Assembly (NCBI GenBank): GCA_019348335.1
Contig: JAHWJR010000004.1
Span: forward strand, 1 to 34,145
Direction of reading: 5' to 3'
Source: Actinomycetota bacterium
GTDB taxonomy: Bacteria > Actinomycetota > Acidimicrobiia > Acidimicrobiales > CADCSY01
DNA: 34,145 nucleotides
This document shows positions 1 through 8,420 of the stretch, in pieces. A program made the translations under genes and the position numbers. The notes beneath the pieces were generated by a model that worked only from the letters and a program-made list of their open reading frames with translations, was not told the DNA's origin and searched no databases. The first letter of the stretch is position 1, and each line of letters begins with the position of its first letter.

Positions 1-1637
1 CCGGGTTCTCCAACCCGGCGCCCATCACCGTCGCCGCCCTGTACGTGGTGGCCGGGGCCGCCGAGGCGACGGGGGCGCTCGAGCGCTTCTCCGACCGGGC
101 CATGGGACGCGGACCGGGAGCCGAACCCCGCATGCGCCGGCAGCTGGGCCGGGTCACGGTCCCCACCGCGGCGGCGTCGGCGTTCATCCCCAACACGCCC
201 CTGATCACCATGCTCGCCCCCAGGGTGGTGATGTGGGCCCGGCGGGTGGGCACCTCGCCCTCGCCCTACCTCATGCCGCTGAGCTACGCCTCCATCTTCG
301 GTGGCATCGTCACCGTGCTGGGGACCTCCACCAACCTGGTCGTCTCCGGCTTGCTCGAGGCGTCGGGCCAGGCGCCACTCGGCGTGTTCGAGATCACCAG
401 CGTGGGCCTGCCCATCGCCGTAGTGGGCGTGGGCGCCATGCTCGTGCTGGCGCCCCGCCTGATCCGGGCCCGGGTGTCGCCGAGCGACCAGGTGCGGCGC
501 CGGGCCCGGGAGTACACCGTCGAGATGCGGGTGGTGGAGGACGGGCCCCTGGTGGGACAGAGCGTGGCCGAGGCCGGGCTGCGCAACCTCGAGGGCGTGT
601 TCCTGGTGGGTGTCGAGCGCGACGGCCATGCCATGGCGCCGGTGGCGCCGGACGAGGTCCTGGTCGGTGGCGATTACCTCACCTTCAGCGGCAACGTGGC
701 CCGCATCGTCGATCTCCAGCGCCAGATCGGGCTGGAGTCGGCCGAGCAGCAGCACCTGTCGGTCATCGGCGACGCTCCCGGGGGGCGGCTCTTCGAGGCG
801 GTGGTGTCCGACGGCTCCGCGCTCAGCGGCTCGACCCTGCGCGACACGGAATTTCGCAGCCACTACGGCGGCGCTGTGTTCGCCATCCACCGGGACGGCG
901 AGCGCCTCCCCGGCAAGCTCGGCCAGGTGCGCCTCCGGGGCGGCGACGTGCTGGTCATGCTGGCCGACCCCGGGTTCCGTGAACGATGGCGCGACAGCCC
1001 CGACTTCCTCATCGTCTCGGCGCTGGGCGAGACCGCCCCTCCCCGCCGCCACCGGGCCCGGGTGGTCGAGGTGGTGATGCTGGCCATGGTGGTGGTGGCC
1101 AGCACCAACTTGCTCTCGCTGCCCCGGGCCGCGCTCGCCGCGGCCATGGCGCTGGTGTTGCTGCGGGTCCTCACGCCCGCCGAGGCCCGCCAGTCGCTCA
1201 GCTTCGAGATCCTGGTGATGATCGCCGCCGCCTTCGGCCTGGGCGAGGCTCTGGCCGAGAGCGGGCTGGCCGCCGAGCTGTCCGGCCACCTCGTGAACTT
1301 CGTCGGCGTGCTCGGTCCCCTCGGGATCCTCCTCGGCGTGCTGCTGGCCACGATCGTGGCCACCGAGACCCTGACCAACAACGCCGCCGCCGTGCTGATG
1401 TTCCCCATCGCCATGTCGGCCGCCGAGCAGAGCGGCGTGGAGCCCCGGGCGCTGGCGGTGGCCATCCTGGTGGCGGCCTCGTGCTCGTTCCTCACCCCCA
1501 TCGGCTATCAGACCAACACCATCGTCTACGGCCTGGGGGGGTACCGCTTCGGTGACTTCGCCCGCCTGGGGCTCCCCCTCACGGTGCTCACGGTGGCGGT
1601 GTCGATGGTGGTCATCCCTCTCGCCTTCCCCCTGTGA
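1..1637 (+). CDS. SLC13/DASS-type (ArsB/NhaD superfamily) permease with two central TrkA-C domains; 5' end lies outside the window
   Basis: Frame 3 is open from the window edge: GFSNPAPITVAALYVVAG precedes the listed GTG at 45. Hydrophobic N- and C-terminal halves flank two TrkA-C-like repeats (VEDGPLVGQSVAEAGLRNLEGVFLVGVERDG and VSDGSALSGSTLRDTEFRSHYGGAVFAIHRDG). Stop TGA at 1635-1637. Confidence 0.8.
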   Translation, partial: GFSNPAPITVAALYVVAGAAEATGALERFSDRAMGRGPGAEPRMRRQLGRVTVPTAAASAFIPNTPLITMLAPRVVMWARRVGTSPSPYLMPLSYASIFGGIVTVLGTSTNLVVSGLLEASGQAPLGVFEITSVGLPIAVVGVGAMLVLAPRLIRARVSPSDQVRRRAREYTVEMRVVEDGPLVGQSVAEAGLRNLEGVFLVGVERDGHAMAPVAPDEVLVGGDYLTFSGNVARIVDLQRQIGLESAEQQHLSVIGDAPGGRLFEAVVSDGSALSGSTLRDTEFRSHYGGAVFAIHRDGERLPGKLGQVRLRGGDVLVMLADPGFRERWRDSPDFLIVSALGETAPPRRHRARVVEVVMLAMVVVASTNLLSLPRAALAAAMALVLLRVLTPAEARQSLSFEILVMIAAAFGLGEALAESGLAAELSGHLVNFVGVLGPLGILLGVLLATIVATETLTNNAAAVLMFPIAMSAAEQSGVEPRALAVAILVAASCSFLTPIGYQTNTIVYGLGGYRFGDFARLGLPLTVLTVAVSMVVIPLAFPL

Positions 1638-1682
1638 CGCCCCCCGTGATGCCGCCTGTGACCCCCCTGTGACCGCTGTGAC
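1632..1682 (+). repeat. Four direct copies of CTGTGAC, plus one CGTGATG variant, between the permease stop and the BY-kinase start
   Basis: CTGTGAC read at 1632-1638, 1656-1662, 1667-1673 and 1676-1682, with the variant at 1645-1651. The first copy contains the permease stop codon. Confidence 0.5.
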
Positions 1683-1699
1683 CTGACGTATGTACGGGC

Positions 1700-1717
1700 T
1701 CGGGCGAAAGCGCCCGA
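1700..1717 (+). terminator. Possible small intrinsic terminator or 5'-UTR hairpin (7-bp stem TCGGGCG/CGCCCGA, loop AAAG)
   Basis: Inverted repeat read directly and followed by TACGCTTTCCC. It lies only 13 nt before the GTG at 1731, so a role in the downstream leader is equally possible. Confidence 0.3.
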
Positions 1718-1730
1718 TACGCTTTCCCAC

Positions 1731-3518
1731 GTGAATCCCGACAAGGGTTCGGGCGACTTCGACCTCCGCCACTACCTGGCGGTCGTGCGCCGCCGGAAGC
1801 TGACCATCGTGCTCGCCGTGGTGGCCATGGTTGGCTCGGCCCTGGCGGTCTCGTTGCTGCAGACCCCGGTGTACCAGGCGACGTCCCAGATCGTGTTCCA
1901 GACCGGCTCGGCCGAGGAGATCTTCGCTCCCCAGGGCTTCCTCACCCCCACCCTGGTCGCCACCGAGATCGAGGTGATGAAGTCGCAGTCGGTGCGCGAC
2001 GCCGTCGCCAGCGAGATCGGCAGCGTGCCCGCCGTCGACATCGCCCCCGTGGCCAACACCAACGTGGTGGCCATCACCGCCGAGAGCACCGACCCGGCGG
2101 CGGCCGCCCGCACGGCCAACGCCTACGCCCAGATCTACACCAACACGCGGCGCCAGGCGCAGATCGACGACCTGCTCGAGGCCGGGCGCCAGGTGCAGGC
2201 CAAGGTCGACGAGCTCGACCAGCAGCTGGCCGAGGTCGAGCGGCCGCTCAACGAGCTCGACGCCCAGATCGCGGCCACCGTAGGGGCGGAGGAGCGCCGG
2301 CGGTTGGAGGATCAGCGGCGCGCCCTCCAGGGAGACATCGCCATCCAACGCCAGACCCTCCAGTCGCAGCGCTCCGACTACGCCGAGCAGCGGGACAAGC
2401 TGCAGCTGGCCAGCAGCCTGACCCAGACGGCCGGCGCCCAGGTCGTGACCGCGGCCACCGAGCCCACCACACCGGTGCGCCCCAAGCCGCTGCGCAACGC
2501 CGCCCTCGCCCTGGTGGCGGGTCTCGTGCTCGGGGTCGGGCTGGCCCTCCTGCGTGATCACCTCGACGACACGGTCACCTCCAAGGAGGATCTCGAGCGG
2601 GCCACGACCGGTCTCGACGTGCTCGCCCTCATCCCTGCCGTCCCGGGGTGGAGAGACCGGCAGAAGTCGTTCGTGGTGTCGCTCACCGAACCCAACTCGC
2701 CGCCGGCCGAGGCCTACCGGTCGCTGCGCACCGCCGTGCAGTTCATCGGCCTCAACCAACCGGTGCGGGTCATCCAGATGACCAGTCCCAACGCCTCGGA
2801 AGGCAAGACCACGACGCTGGCCAACCTGGCCGTGGCCCTGGCCAACGCCGGCCAGCGGGTCATCGTCGTGTGCTGCGACCTGCGCCGGCCCCGCATCCAC
2901 GAGTTCTTCGGGCTCGACAACGCCGCCGGCTTCACCTCCGTGCTGCTCGGCGAGCTGCCGCTCTCGGCGGCGCTGCAAACCGTGCCCGGCGCCGGCCGGC
3001 TGGCGCTCCTGGCGTCGGGGCCACCCCCGCCCAACCCCTCCGAGCTGCTGGCGTCCATGCGCACCAACGAGGTGTTCGCCGCGCTGCGGTCCGAGTGCGA
3101 CGTGGTCCTGGTCGACAGCCCGCCCGTGCTGCCGGTCACCGACGCCACCGTGCTGGCCCGCATGGTCGACGCCACCATCCTCGTGGGCACCGCCGGCCGC
3201 ACGACCCGCCGCGAGTACCACCGCTCAATCGAGCTGCTGCGCCAGGTCGAGGCGCCGATCGTGGGCACGGTGCTCAACGGCATCGAACCCGAGGGGATGT
3301 ACGGCTACGGCTACCGGTACTCGAGCGAGACGCCGGCGGACGGCGGCGGCGGCGGCAAGGCGCGGCGGAAGCGACCGGGCAAGGCGCCGGCCAACGGCAG
3401 GCCGAGCAACGGCACGGCGAGTGCGGGCGACGGCACGACGGGCGACGACGTCCCGGTCGCCACCGGCGCCGGCACCGACGGCCCCATCGTCGTCAGCAAC
3501 CCCACCGACACCCGGTAG
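1731..3518 (+). CDS. Polysaccharide co-polymerase / BY-family tyrosine autokinase (Wzz-like N-domain + CpsD-like P-loop kinase), copy 1
   Basis: N-terminal TM helix, then a coiled-coil periplasmic-type region and a second TM. Walker A SPNASEGKTTTLANLA, Walker A' VVCCDLRRPR, Walker B VVLVDSPPVLP. C-terminal Tyr cluster MYGYGYRY followed by a G/P/A-rich tail. Confidence 0.9.
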   Translation: MNPDKGSGDFDLRHYLAVVRRRKLTIVLAVVAMVGSALAVSLLQTPVYQATSQIVFQTGSAEEIFAPQGFLTPTLVATEIEVMKSQSVRDAVASEIGSVPAVDIAPVANTNVVAITAESTDPAAAARTANAYAQIYTNTRRQAQIDDLLEAGRQVQAKVDELDQQLAEVERPLNELDAQIAATVGAEERRRLEDQRRALQGDIAIQRQTLQSQRSDYAEQRDKLQLASSLTQTAGAQVVTAATEPTTPVRPKPLRNAALALVAGLVLGVGLALLRDHLDDTVTSKEDLERATTGLDVLALIPAVPGWRDRQKSFVVSLTEPNSPPAEAYRSLRTAVQFIGLNQPVRVIQMTSPNASEGKTTTLANLAVALANAGQRVIVVCCDLRRPRIHEFFGLDNAAGFTSVLLGELPLSAALQTVPGAGRLALLASGPPPPNPSELLASMRTNEVFAALRSECDVVLVDSPPVLPVTDATVLARMVDATILVGTAGRTTRREYHRSIELLRQVEAPIVGTVLNGIEPEGMYGYGYRYSSETPADGGGGGKARRKRPGKAPANGRPSNGTASAGDGTTGDDVPVATGAGTDGPIVVSNPTDTR

Positions 3519-3521
3519 GGC

Positions 3522-4481
3522 TCAGCGCGGTTGCTTCGAGCCGGCGGCCACCGCCCGCCGGGCCCGCCACCACGACCGCAGGCCCTGCGGCGCCTTCCAC
3601 GGCACCCACACCAGCCGGTACAGGTAGCCGGCCACCAGCGCGAGCCGGCTGCGCCGGGCCGGGGGGAACCACAGCCGGATGAACGACGGGGTGGGGACGA
3701 GCTCGCGCCCCACCAGCGCCGCCTTGGCCCGCAGGCCCCGGGCCGCCGCCACCTGCTCGAAGGGCCGGGCCAGGACCGCGGTGGACGACGACTGGAGGAA
3801 CAGCTCGACCGACGTATCCATCGGCACCCCCAGCCGCTCGCCCATCTCCTGGCCCTCGGGGAGCAGGCGCAGTCCCACACCGAAGCCGGGCAGCGCGTCG
3901 AGCTCCTCGGCGATGGCCAGGGCAGCCCGCCACTCGTCCTCGTCGAGCCGGGCCAGAGCCCGGCCCAGGTCCTCGATGGTCTTGCGCCGCCCCGACTCGG
4001 CGTGGAGAGCCACGTGCAGCGCCAGCACCGCCGGCGCCAGCACCTCGGCGGCGACGCCGCCCACCGTGGCCGGCCGGGTGTGGGCGGTGACCACCGCCCA
4101 GCAGCGCTCGGGGGACACCCCCACCTTGGCCGAGAGGATCTTGTGCAGGTCGACCGACGGTGAGCCCGGCCGGTCCCAGTTGTCGGCGTGGTCGGCCTGC
4201 TCGCCGGCCGCGCTTCCCGTGTAGCGGGGGGTGTAGCCGAGGCTGGCGAGGACCTCGCCGGCGGCACCGAAGCGCTCGGGCGCCACCAGCAGGTCGACGT
4301 CGGCGTAGTAGCGGGCCTGACCGTCGTCGTAGAGCCAGCGGGCGAAGGAGGCGCCCTTCAGCAGCACCGAGCGGATGCCGCGACGAGAGAGCGCGTCGAC
4401 GGCCTGACCGGCGACCTGGTCGACGGCCAGGCTCAGCATGGTCACGGCGAGTGGGTTCGTCGCCGGTTGCGGGGTTGCCAT
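3522..4481 (-). CDS. Uncharacterised nucleotidyltransferase (NTP_transf_5-like family)
   Basis: Motif IRSVLLKGASFARWLYDDGQARYYADVDLLVAPERF is typical of this family. Convergent with the BY-kinase with a 3-nt gap between stop codons. Downstream of the GT4 gene in the same orientation. The start could instead be the internal Met (MLSLAV). Confidence 0.7.
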   Translation of the reverse strand: MATPQPATNPLAVTMLSLAVDQVAGQAVDALSRRGIRSVLLKGASFARWLYDDGQARYYADVDLLVAPERFGAAGEVLASLGYTPRYTGSAAGEQADHADNWDRPGSPSVDLHKILSAKVGVSPERCWAVVTAHTRPATVGGVAAEVLAPAVLALHVALHAESGRRKTIEDLGRALARLDEDEWRAALAIAEELDALPGFGVGLRLLPEGQEMGERLGVPMDTSVELFLQSSSTAVLARPFEQVAAARGLRAKAALVGRELVPTPSFIRLWFPPARRSRLALVAGYLYRLVWVPWKAPQGLRSWWRARRAVAAGSKQPR

Positions 4482-4519
4482 CTGCCCGAGACGCTACCGG
4501 CGGTTTGCCTGCGACAGGC

Positions 4520-5668
4520 TCAGCGCCTGGTGGTGGCCCGGTAGACCTCCAGCACCTGGGCGGCGACCACCTCGGGGGTGAAGTTCCGGGCCCGCCGGCG
4601 GGCGGCCTCGCCCAGCTGCTCCCGCAGGCCCGGGTCCGCCGCCAGGCGCCGGAGGGTGCCGGCCAGGGTCTCCACGTCACCCGTCGGGTACAGCAGCCCG
4701 TCGGAGCCGTCGGTGATGAGCTCGAGCGGCCCTCCAGCGGCGGCCGCCACCACCGCCAGGCCGGCGGCCATGCCCTCGACCACGACCTGGCCGAACCCCT
4801 CGGTGATCAGCGAGGCGTGCACGAGCACGTCCAGGCCCGCCAGGTCGGCGCTCACGTCTTCGCGGAAGCCGGTCAGCTCCACTCGGTCGGCCAGGCCCAG
4901 ACGAGCCACCTGCTGGCCGAGCGCCTCTTCGTAGGACGCCTCGCCGAACAGGGCTCCTCCGACCACCACCGCCTGCTCGGGACCTTCGGGGAAAGCGGCG
5001 GCGAAGGCGTCGAGGAACACGTGCTGGCCCTTGGACGGCGCCAGGCGGCCCACCATCCCGACCCGCAGCGGCGAGCCGGGGGGGCGGGACCTGGCCACGG
5101 CCTCCACGTGGACGGGTGAGGGGATGACCGTGATCGCCACCCCCGGCGAGTCGAGGCCCTCACGGGTGCTGTCCGAGTTGGCGATCACCGCCGCCGGCAG
5201 GTGGCGGACCATGGCCCGCACCATGCGGATGGCCGCCGGCGGCAGGTAGTCGTCGGCCAGGCGCTCCCGGGCGTGCCACACCACCGGCACCCGGGCCAGG
5301 TTCCCGGCGACGCTGCCGTAGACGTTGGCCTTGAGCGAGTTGGTGTGGACCAGGTCGGGGCGCAGGCGGCGCAGGCGCCGGGCGACCGTGGCCACGTAGT
5401 GGGCGGTGTGGCCCATGCTGGCTCCGGGCAGGCGGCCCGGTCGGACCCGGTCGCGGGACAGGCCCCGGGCTGCCTCCGCCATGGGCAGCACCTCGGTGGA
5501 GATCCCCGCCGCCTCCAACCGGGCGACGAGCGGACCGTCCTCGCCGAGCACGACGTGGGCGTCCACGTCCTCGGCCAGGGCGGGCAGCAGGCGAGCCATG
5601 GCGAGCTCCGCCCCCGACAGCTGGGCGCAGTGGTCCAGGTAGACCACGCGCAGTCGCCCCGATGTCAT
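4520..5668 (-). CDS. GT4-family glycosyltransferase
   Basis: N-terminus LRVVYLDHCAQLSGAELAMARLL and C-terminal half HASLITEGFGQVVVEGMAAGLAVVAAAAGG (E-x7-E region) fit the GT-B/GT4 fold. Confidence 0.85.
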   Translation of the reverse strand: MTSGRLRVVYLDHCAQLSGAELAMARLLPALAEDVDAHVVLGEDGPLVARLEAAGISTEVLPMAEAARGLSRDRVRPGRLPGASMGHTAHYVATVARRLRRLRPDLVHTNSLKANVYGSVAGNLARVPVVWHARERLADDYLPPAAIRMVRAMVRHLPAAVIANSDSTREGLDSPGVAITVIPSPVHVEAVARSRPPGSPLRVGMVGRLAPSKGQHVFLDAFAAAFPEGPEQAVVVGGALFGEASYEEALGQQVARLGLADRVELTGFREDVSADLAGLDVLVHASLITEGFGQVVVEGMAAGLAVVAAAAGGPLELITDGSDGLLYPTGDVETLAGTLRRLAADPGLREQLGEAARRRARNFTPEVVAAQVLEVYRATTRR

Positions 5669-5711
5669 CGGGGGCCGAGGCTAGACATCTCCTTGTCGGT
5701 AGGGTCGCGCG

Positions 5712-7325
5712 ATGTCCCCAGCCGCGAGGCTGAAGCGAGCGCTCGAGACCGACTCGCGCTCCACCACGCTGGCGTTCACCGCCGGGTTGCTGGTGGCGCT
5801 GGCCGTGGGAGGCAGGCTCTTCTACCGCCTGGTCCAGTTGGACGAGGCCGCCTACCGGGCGCCATCCATCACGCTGTCCGCACTCCGCTCGCCCGGGCTC
5901 CTCGTCCTGGTCGTCGTTCCCGCAGCCGTGGTCGTGTGGCTGCGGCGGGGTCTGCGCTGGGGTGACGTGCCCGAGGGCCGCCTGGTGCGCCTGCTCCTAC
6001 TCGCCGCCGCCGGCTCCCTGGTCGTCTCGCTGGCCTTCTACGAGCCCAACTGGTTCTTCGGCCGGTCACATCTCGTCGACCGGGCGCTGCTCGTGGGTCT
6101 GTTCGCCCTCAGCATCTGGCGGCCCGTCGCCCTGGTCCCGTTCACGGTGCTGGCCGCGGTCGTCGCCTCCCAGTTCGCTGTCCCCCTCGGCCGCTACACG
6201 TGGAACGACAAGCGCCTGATCTTCGACGTCGTCATCCTGTTCTGCGTGGCGGCCGGGGCCGGCCTCCTCCGCCGCCGGGAAGGGGTGCGGGCGTTCGTCG
6301 GTGCTGCCTGCGTCCTCGTGGTGTCGTGGTACCTGGTGGCCGGGGTGGGCAAGATCGCCCTCGGTTGGCCAGGACGCGAGGAGCTGGCCAACATGACCCG
6401 ATCGGCTCATCTGGCCGGGTGGCTGACGGCGGGAACCGCCGATCGTGTGGCCGAGGTGGTGGCCAGCGTGAACTGGCTCTTGGTCCCGGCCGCCATCGTG
6501 GTGGAGGTAGCGGTCGTCCTCCTGCTGCTGGGGCGCCGGCCGGCGCTGGCGGTGTTGCTCGCCCTGCCCGGTCTGCACCTGCTGGTGTTCCTGTTGTCGG
6601 GCATCTTCTTCTGGAAGTGGATGGTGTTCGAGCTCGCCCTGCTCGTCTTCTTCCTCCGTTGCCACCGGGAGACCCTCGCCGGCTTCGGCCCCGCCCTGGT
6701 GGTGCTGGCCCTACCCGTCGCCGTCTTGTCGCCCCGCCTGTTCGGGGTGGCGACCCTGGCGTGGTACGACACGCCGTACTCGGTCAACCTGGAGCTCGAG
6801 GCGGTGGGGGAGTCGGGGACGGTGTACCGCGTCGACCGCGTCGACCTGGCGCCCTACGAGGTCCTCTTGGCCCAGGGTCGGCTGAGCTTTCTGGCCCAGC
6901 CGAAGGTGCTCGTGGCCAGTGCCGGCACCGCCCTCGACTGGAAGGTGGCCTCGGCCATCATCACCGCCAAGAGCCCCGCCGACCTCGCCCAGGCCGAAGC
7001 CGAGCTGGCGGTAAGTCACTACCGGGAGGACGACGCCCTCGTCTTCGACCGCTTCGTGCGGGAGCGCTTCGACCCATGGTCCGAGCCGCCACCGCTCGGG
7101 CCGCCGCACCACATCTGGACCGGCCGGGCACCGCCCATCCTGAACGTGCCGCCGACGGGGTTCGACGGGCAGGAGGAGGTGGCCGAGGTCCGGGTCAGGA
7201 TGCACAAGGTCTGGTGGGACGGCGACCGTTACCGGCCTCTTGCCGACTGTATTGTCCGAGTGGTGCCCATGGACCCGGCGGCGGGGCCCACCGACGTGGC
7301 CCCGGCCACCGCTTGCGCCCTCTAG
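5712..7325 (+). CDS. Polytopic membrane protein of unknown function with a soluble C-terminal domain of about 200 aa
   Basis: About 330 aa of repeated hydrophobic helices, then a hydrophilic domain (YDTPYSVNLELEAVGESGTVYRVDRVDLAPYEV...). I recognise no family motif. Coding-like G/C third-position bias. First gene of a + strand triplet. Confidence 0.6.
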   Translation: MSPAARLKRALETDSRSTTLAFTAGLLVALAVGGRLFYRLVQLDEAAYRAPSITLSALRSPGLLVLVVVPAAVVVWLRRGLRWGDVPEGRLVRLLLLAAAGSLVVSLAFYEPNWFFGRSHLVDRALLVGLFALSIWRPVALVPFTVLAAVVASQFAVPLGRYTWNDKRLIFDVVILFCVAAGAGLLRRREGVRAFVGAACVLVVSWYLVAGVGKIALGWPGREELANMTRSAHLAGWLTAGTADRVAEVVASVNWLLVPAAIVVEVAVVLLLLGRRPALAVLLALPGLHLLVFLLSGIFFWKWMVFELALLVFFLRCHRETLAGFGPALVVLALPVAVLSPRLFGVATLAWYDTPYSVNLELEAVGESGTVYRVDRVDLAPYEVLLAQGRLSFLAQPKVLVASAGTALDWKVASAIITAKSPADLAQAEAELAVSHYREDDALVFDRFVRERFDPWSEPPPLGPPHHIWTGRAPPILNVPPTGFDGQEEVAEVRVRMHKVWWDGDRYRPLADCIVRVVPMDPAAGPTDVAPATACAL

Positions 7326-7332
7326 GACGCCG

Positions 7333-8376
7333 GTGAACCGCCGCCGTTTCCTGACCGTGGCCGTGGGCGGCGCCGCCGCTGCCGCCGTCACCGTCCGCCT
7401 GCGCTCCGACGGAGCGTCGACCACCGCGACGAGCCCGCCATCGGCGAGCCCTGAATGTGCCCCGGCTGCCGTCCCTGGCGAGGACGCCCCGCTGCCCTAC
7501 GGCGGCGTGGCCACCCACCTGTGGTACTTCGAGACCCAGTACGGCGACACGGCCCGGGTGGCCGACCACCTCCGCCAGATCGAGGCCCCGATGGTCCGGG
7601 ACGAGTGGCTGATCCCCGAGGCGTGGCCGGAGTACCGCGGCCGCTATGGCGATGCGCTCGAGCTGGTGCACACGGTGGCGGGCACGACGTTCGTCATGGT
7701 CACGGGCCGGGCCACCGAGCCGATCGACCCCGTGCTCGACGAGATGGAGCCCTACGCCGAGCTGCTGGCCGGCATCGAGGGCCCCAATGAGTGGAACCTC
7801 CAGGACAGGCCTGGGTGGAGGGACGAGCTCAGCACCTACACCAAGGAGCTCTACGCCAAGGTCAGGGACCGGCCGGCGTTCGACCATGTTCCCGTGGTCG
7901 GCCCTTCCATCGGGCTGTCGAAGGATTCGGGCCCGCTGTTCGGGGACCACTCCGAGCACATGGACGTCGGCAACTTCCACTTCTACCAGCCGGCCACCCA
8001 GGTCGACCTCCGGTACTACCAGGCGTCGCTGGCCGGTGCCCGGGCCGTGTCCGGCACCAAGCCCATGGTGGCCACCGAGGTCAACGGCATCATCGGGGAC
8101 GGTTATCCCGGCACCGAGCAGGACCAGGCCGCCAACTACGAGTCGCTGATGAAGCTCTTCGGCGACGACGGCGTCCACCGGGGGTTCTGCTACCAGTTGC
8201 TGGACTTCTCCAGGCTCTCCAAGCCGCTGACCCACCGTGAGAACAACTTCGGGTGCTACCGGGTCGACTTCTCGGCCAAGCCGCTGGCGGCGTCGGTGCG
8301 CGAGGTCAACCGGAGGAACGACAGCCCCTTTCTGCTGGGGGACGGGCCCTGGTGCCCGCCGGCGCCGGCCCAGTGA
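7333..8376 (+). CDS. Tat-exported clan GH-A (TIM-barrel) glycoside hydrolase-like protein
   Basis: In-frame GTG at 7333, 8 nt after the upstream stop, gives VNRRRFLTVAVGGAAAAAV (twin-arginine signal). Candidate acid/base is GPNEWN, with an HFY strand motif, and candidate nucleophile is VATEVNG. The track ORF start at 7240 overlaps the upstream gene and is unlikely. Confidence 0.65.
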   Translation: MNRRRFLTVAVGGAAAAAVTVRLRSDGASTTATSPPSASPECAPAAVPGEDAPLPYGGVATHLWYFETQYGDTARVADHLRQIEAPMVRDEWLIPEAWPEYRGRYGDALELVHTVAGTTFVMVTGRATEPIDPVLDEMEPYAELLAGIEGPNEWNLQDRPGWRDELSTYTKELYAKVRDRPAFDHVPVVGPSIGLSKDSGPLFGDHSEHMDVGNFHFYQPATQVDLRYYQASLAGARAVSGTKPMVATEVNGIIGDGYPGTEQDQAANYESLMKLFGDDGVHRGFCYQLLDFSRLSKPLTHRENNFGCYRVDFSAKPLAASVREVNRRNDSPFLLGDGPWCPPAPAQ

Positions 8377-8420
8377 GGTGACCGGCGCGCTGATGTGCCC
8401 AGGCTCTTAGGATCGCCCGA

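Noticed and set aside
45-1637. GTG at 45 as the true start of the permease
   Set aside because: The frame is open to the window edge, and the preceding residues (GFSNPAPITVAALYVV) look like part of a conserved TM segment. The gene is 5'-truncated, not starting at 45.
3311-5119. Overlapping ORFs 3311-4267 (-), 3493-4680 (-), 3531-4163 (+) and 4160-5119 (+)
   Set aside because: They are alternative frames of the NTP_transf_5 and GT4 genes. Compositionally biased Arg/Pro/Gly translations with no recognisable domains.
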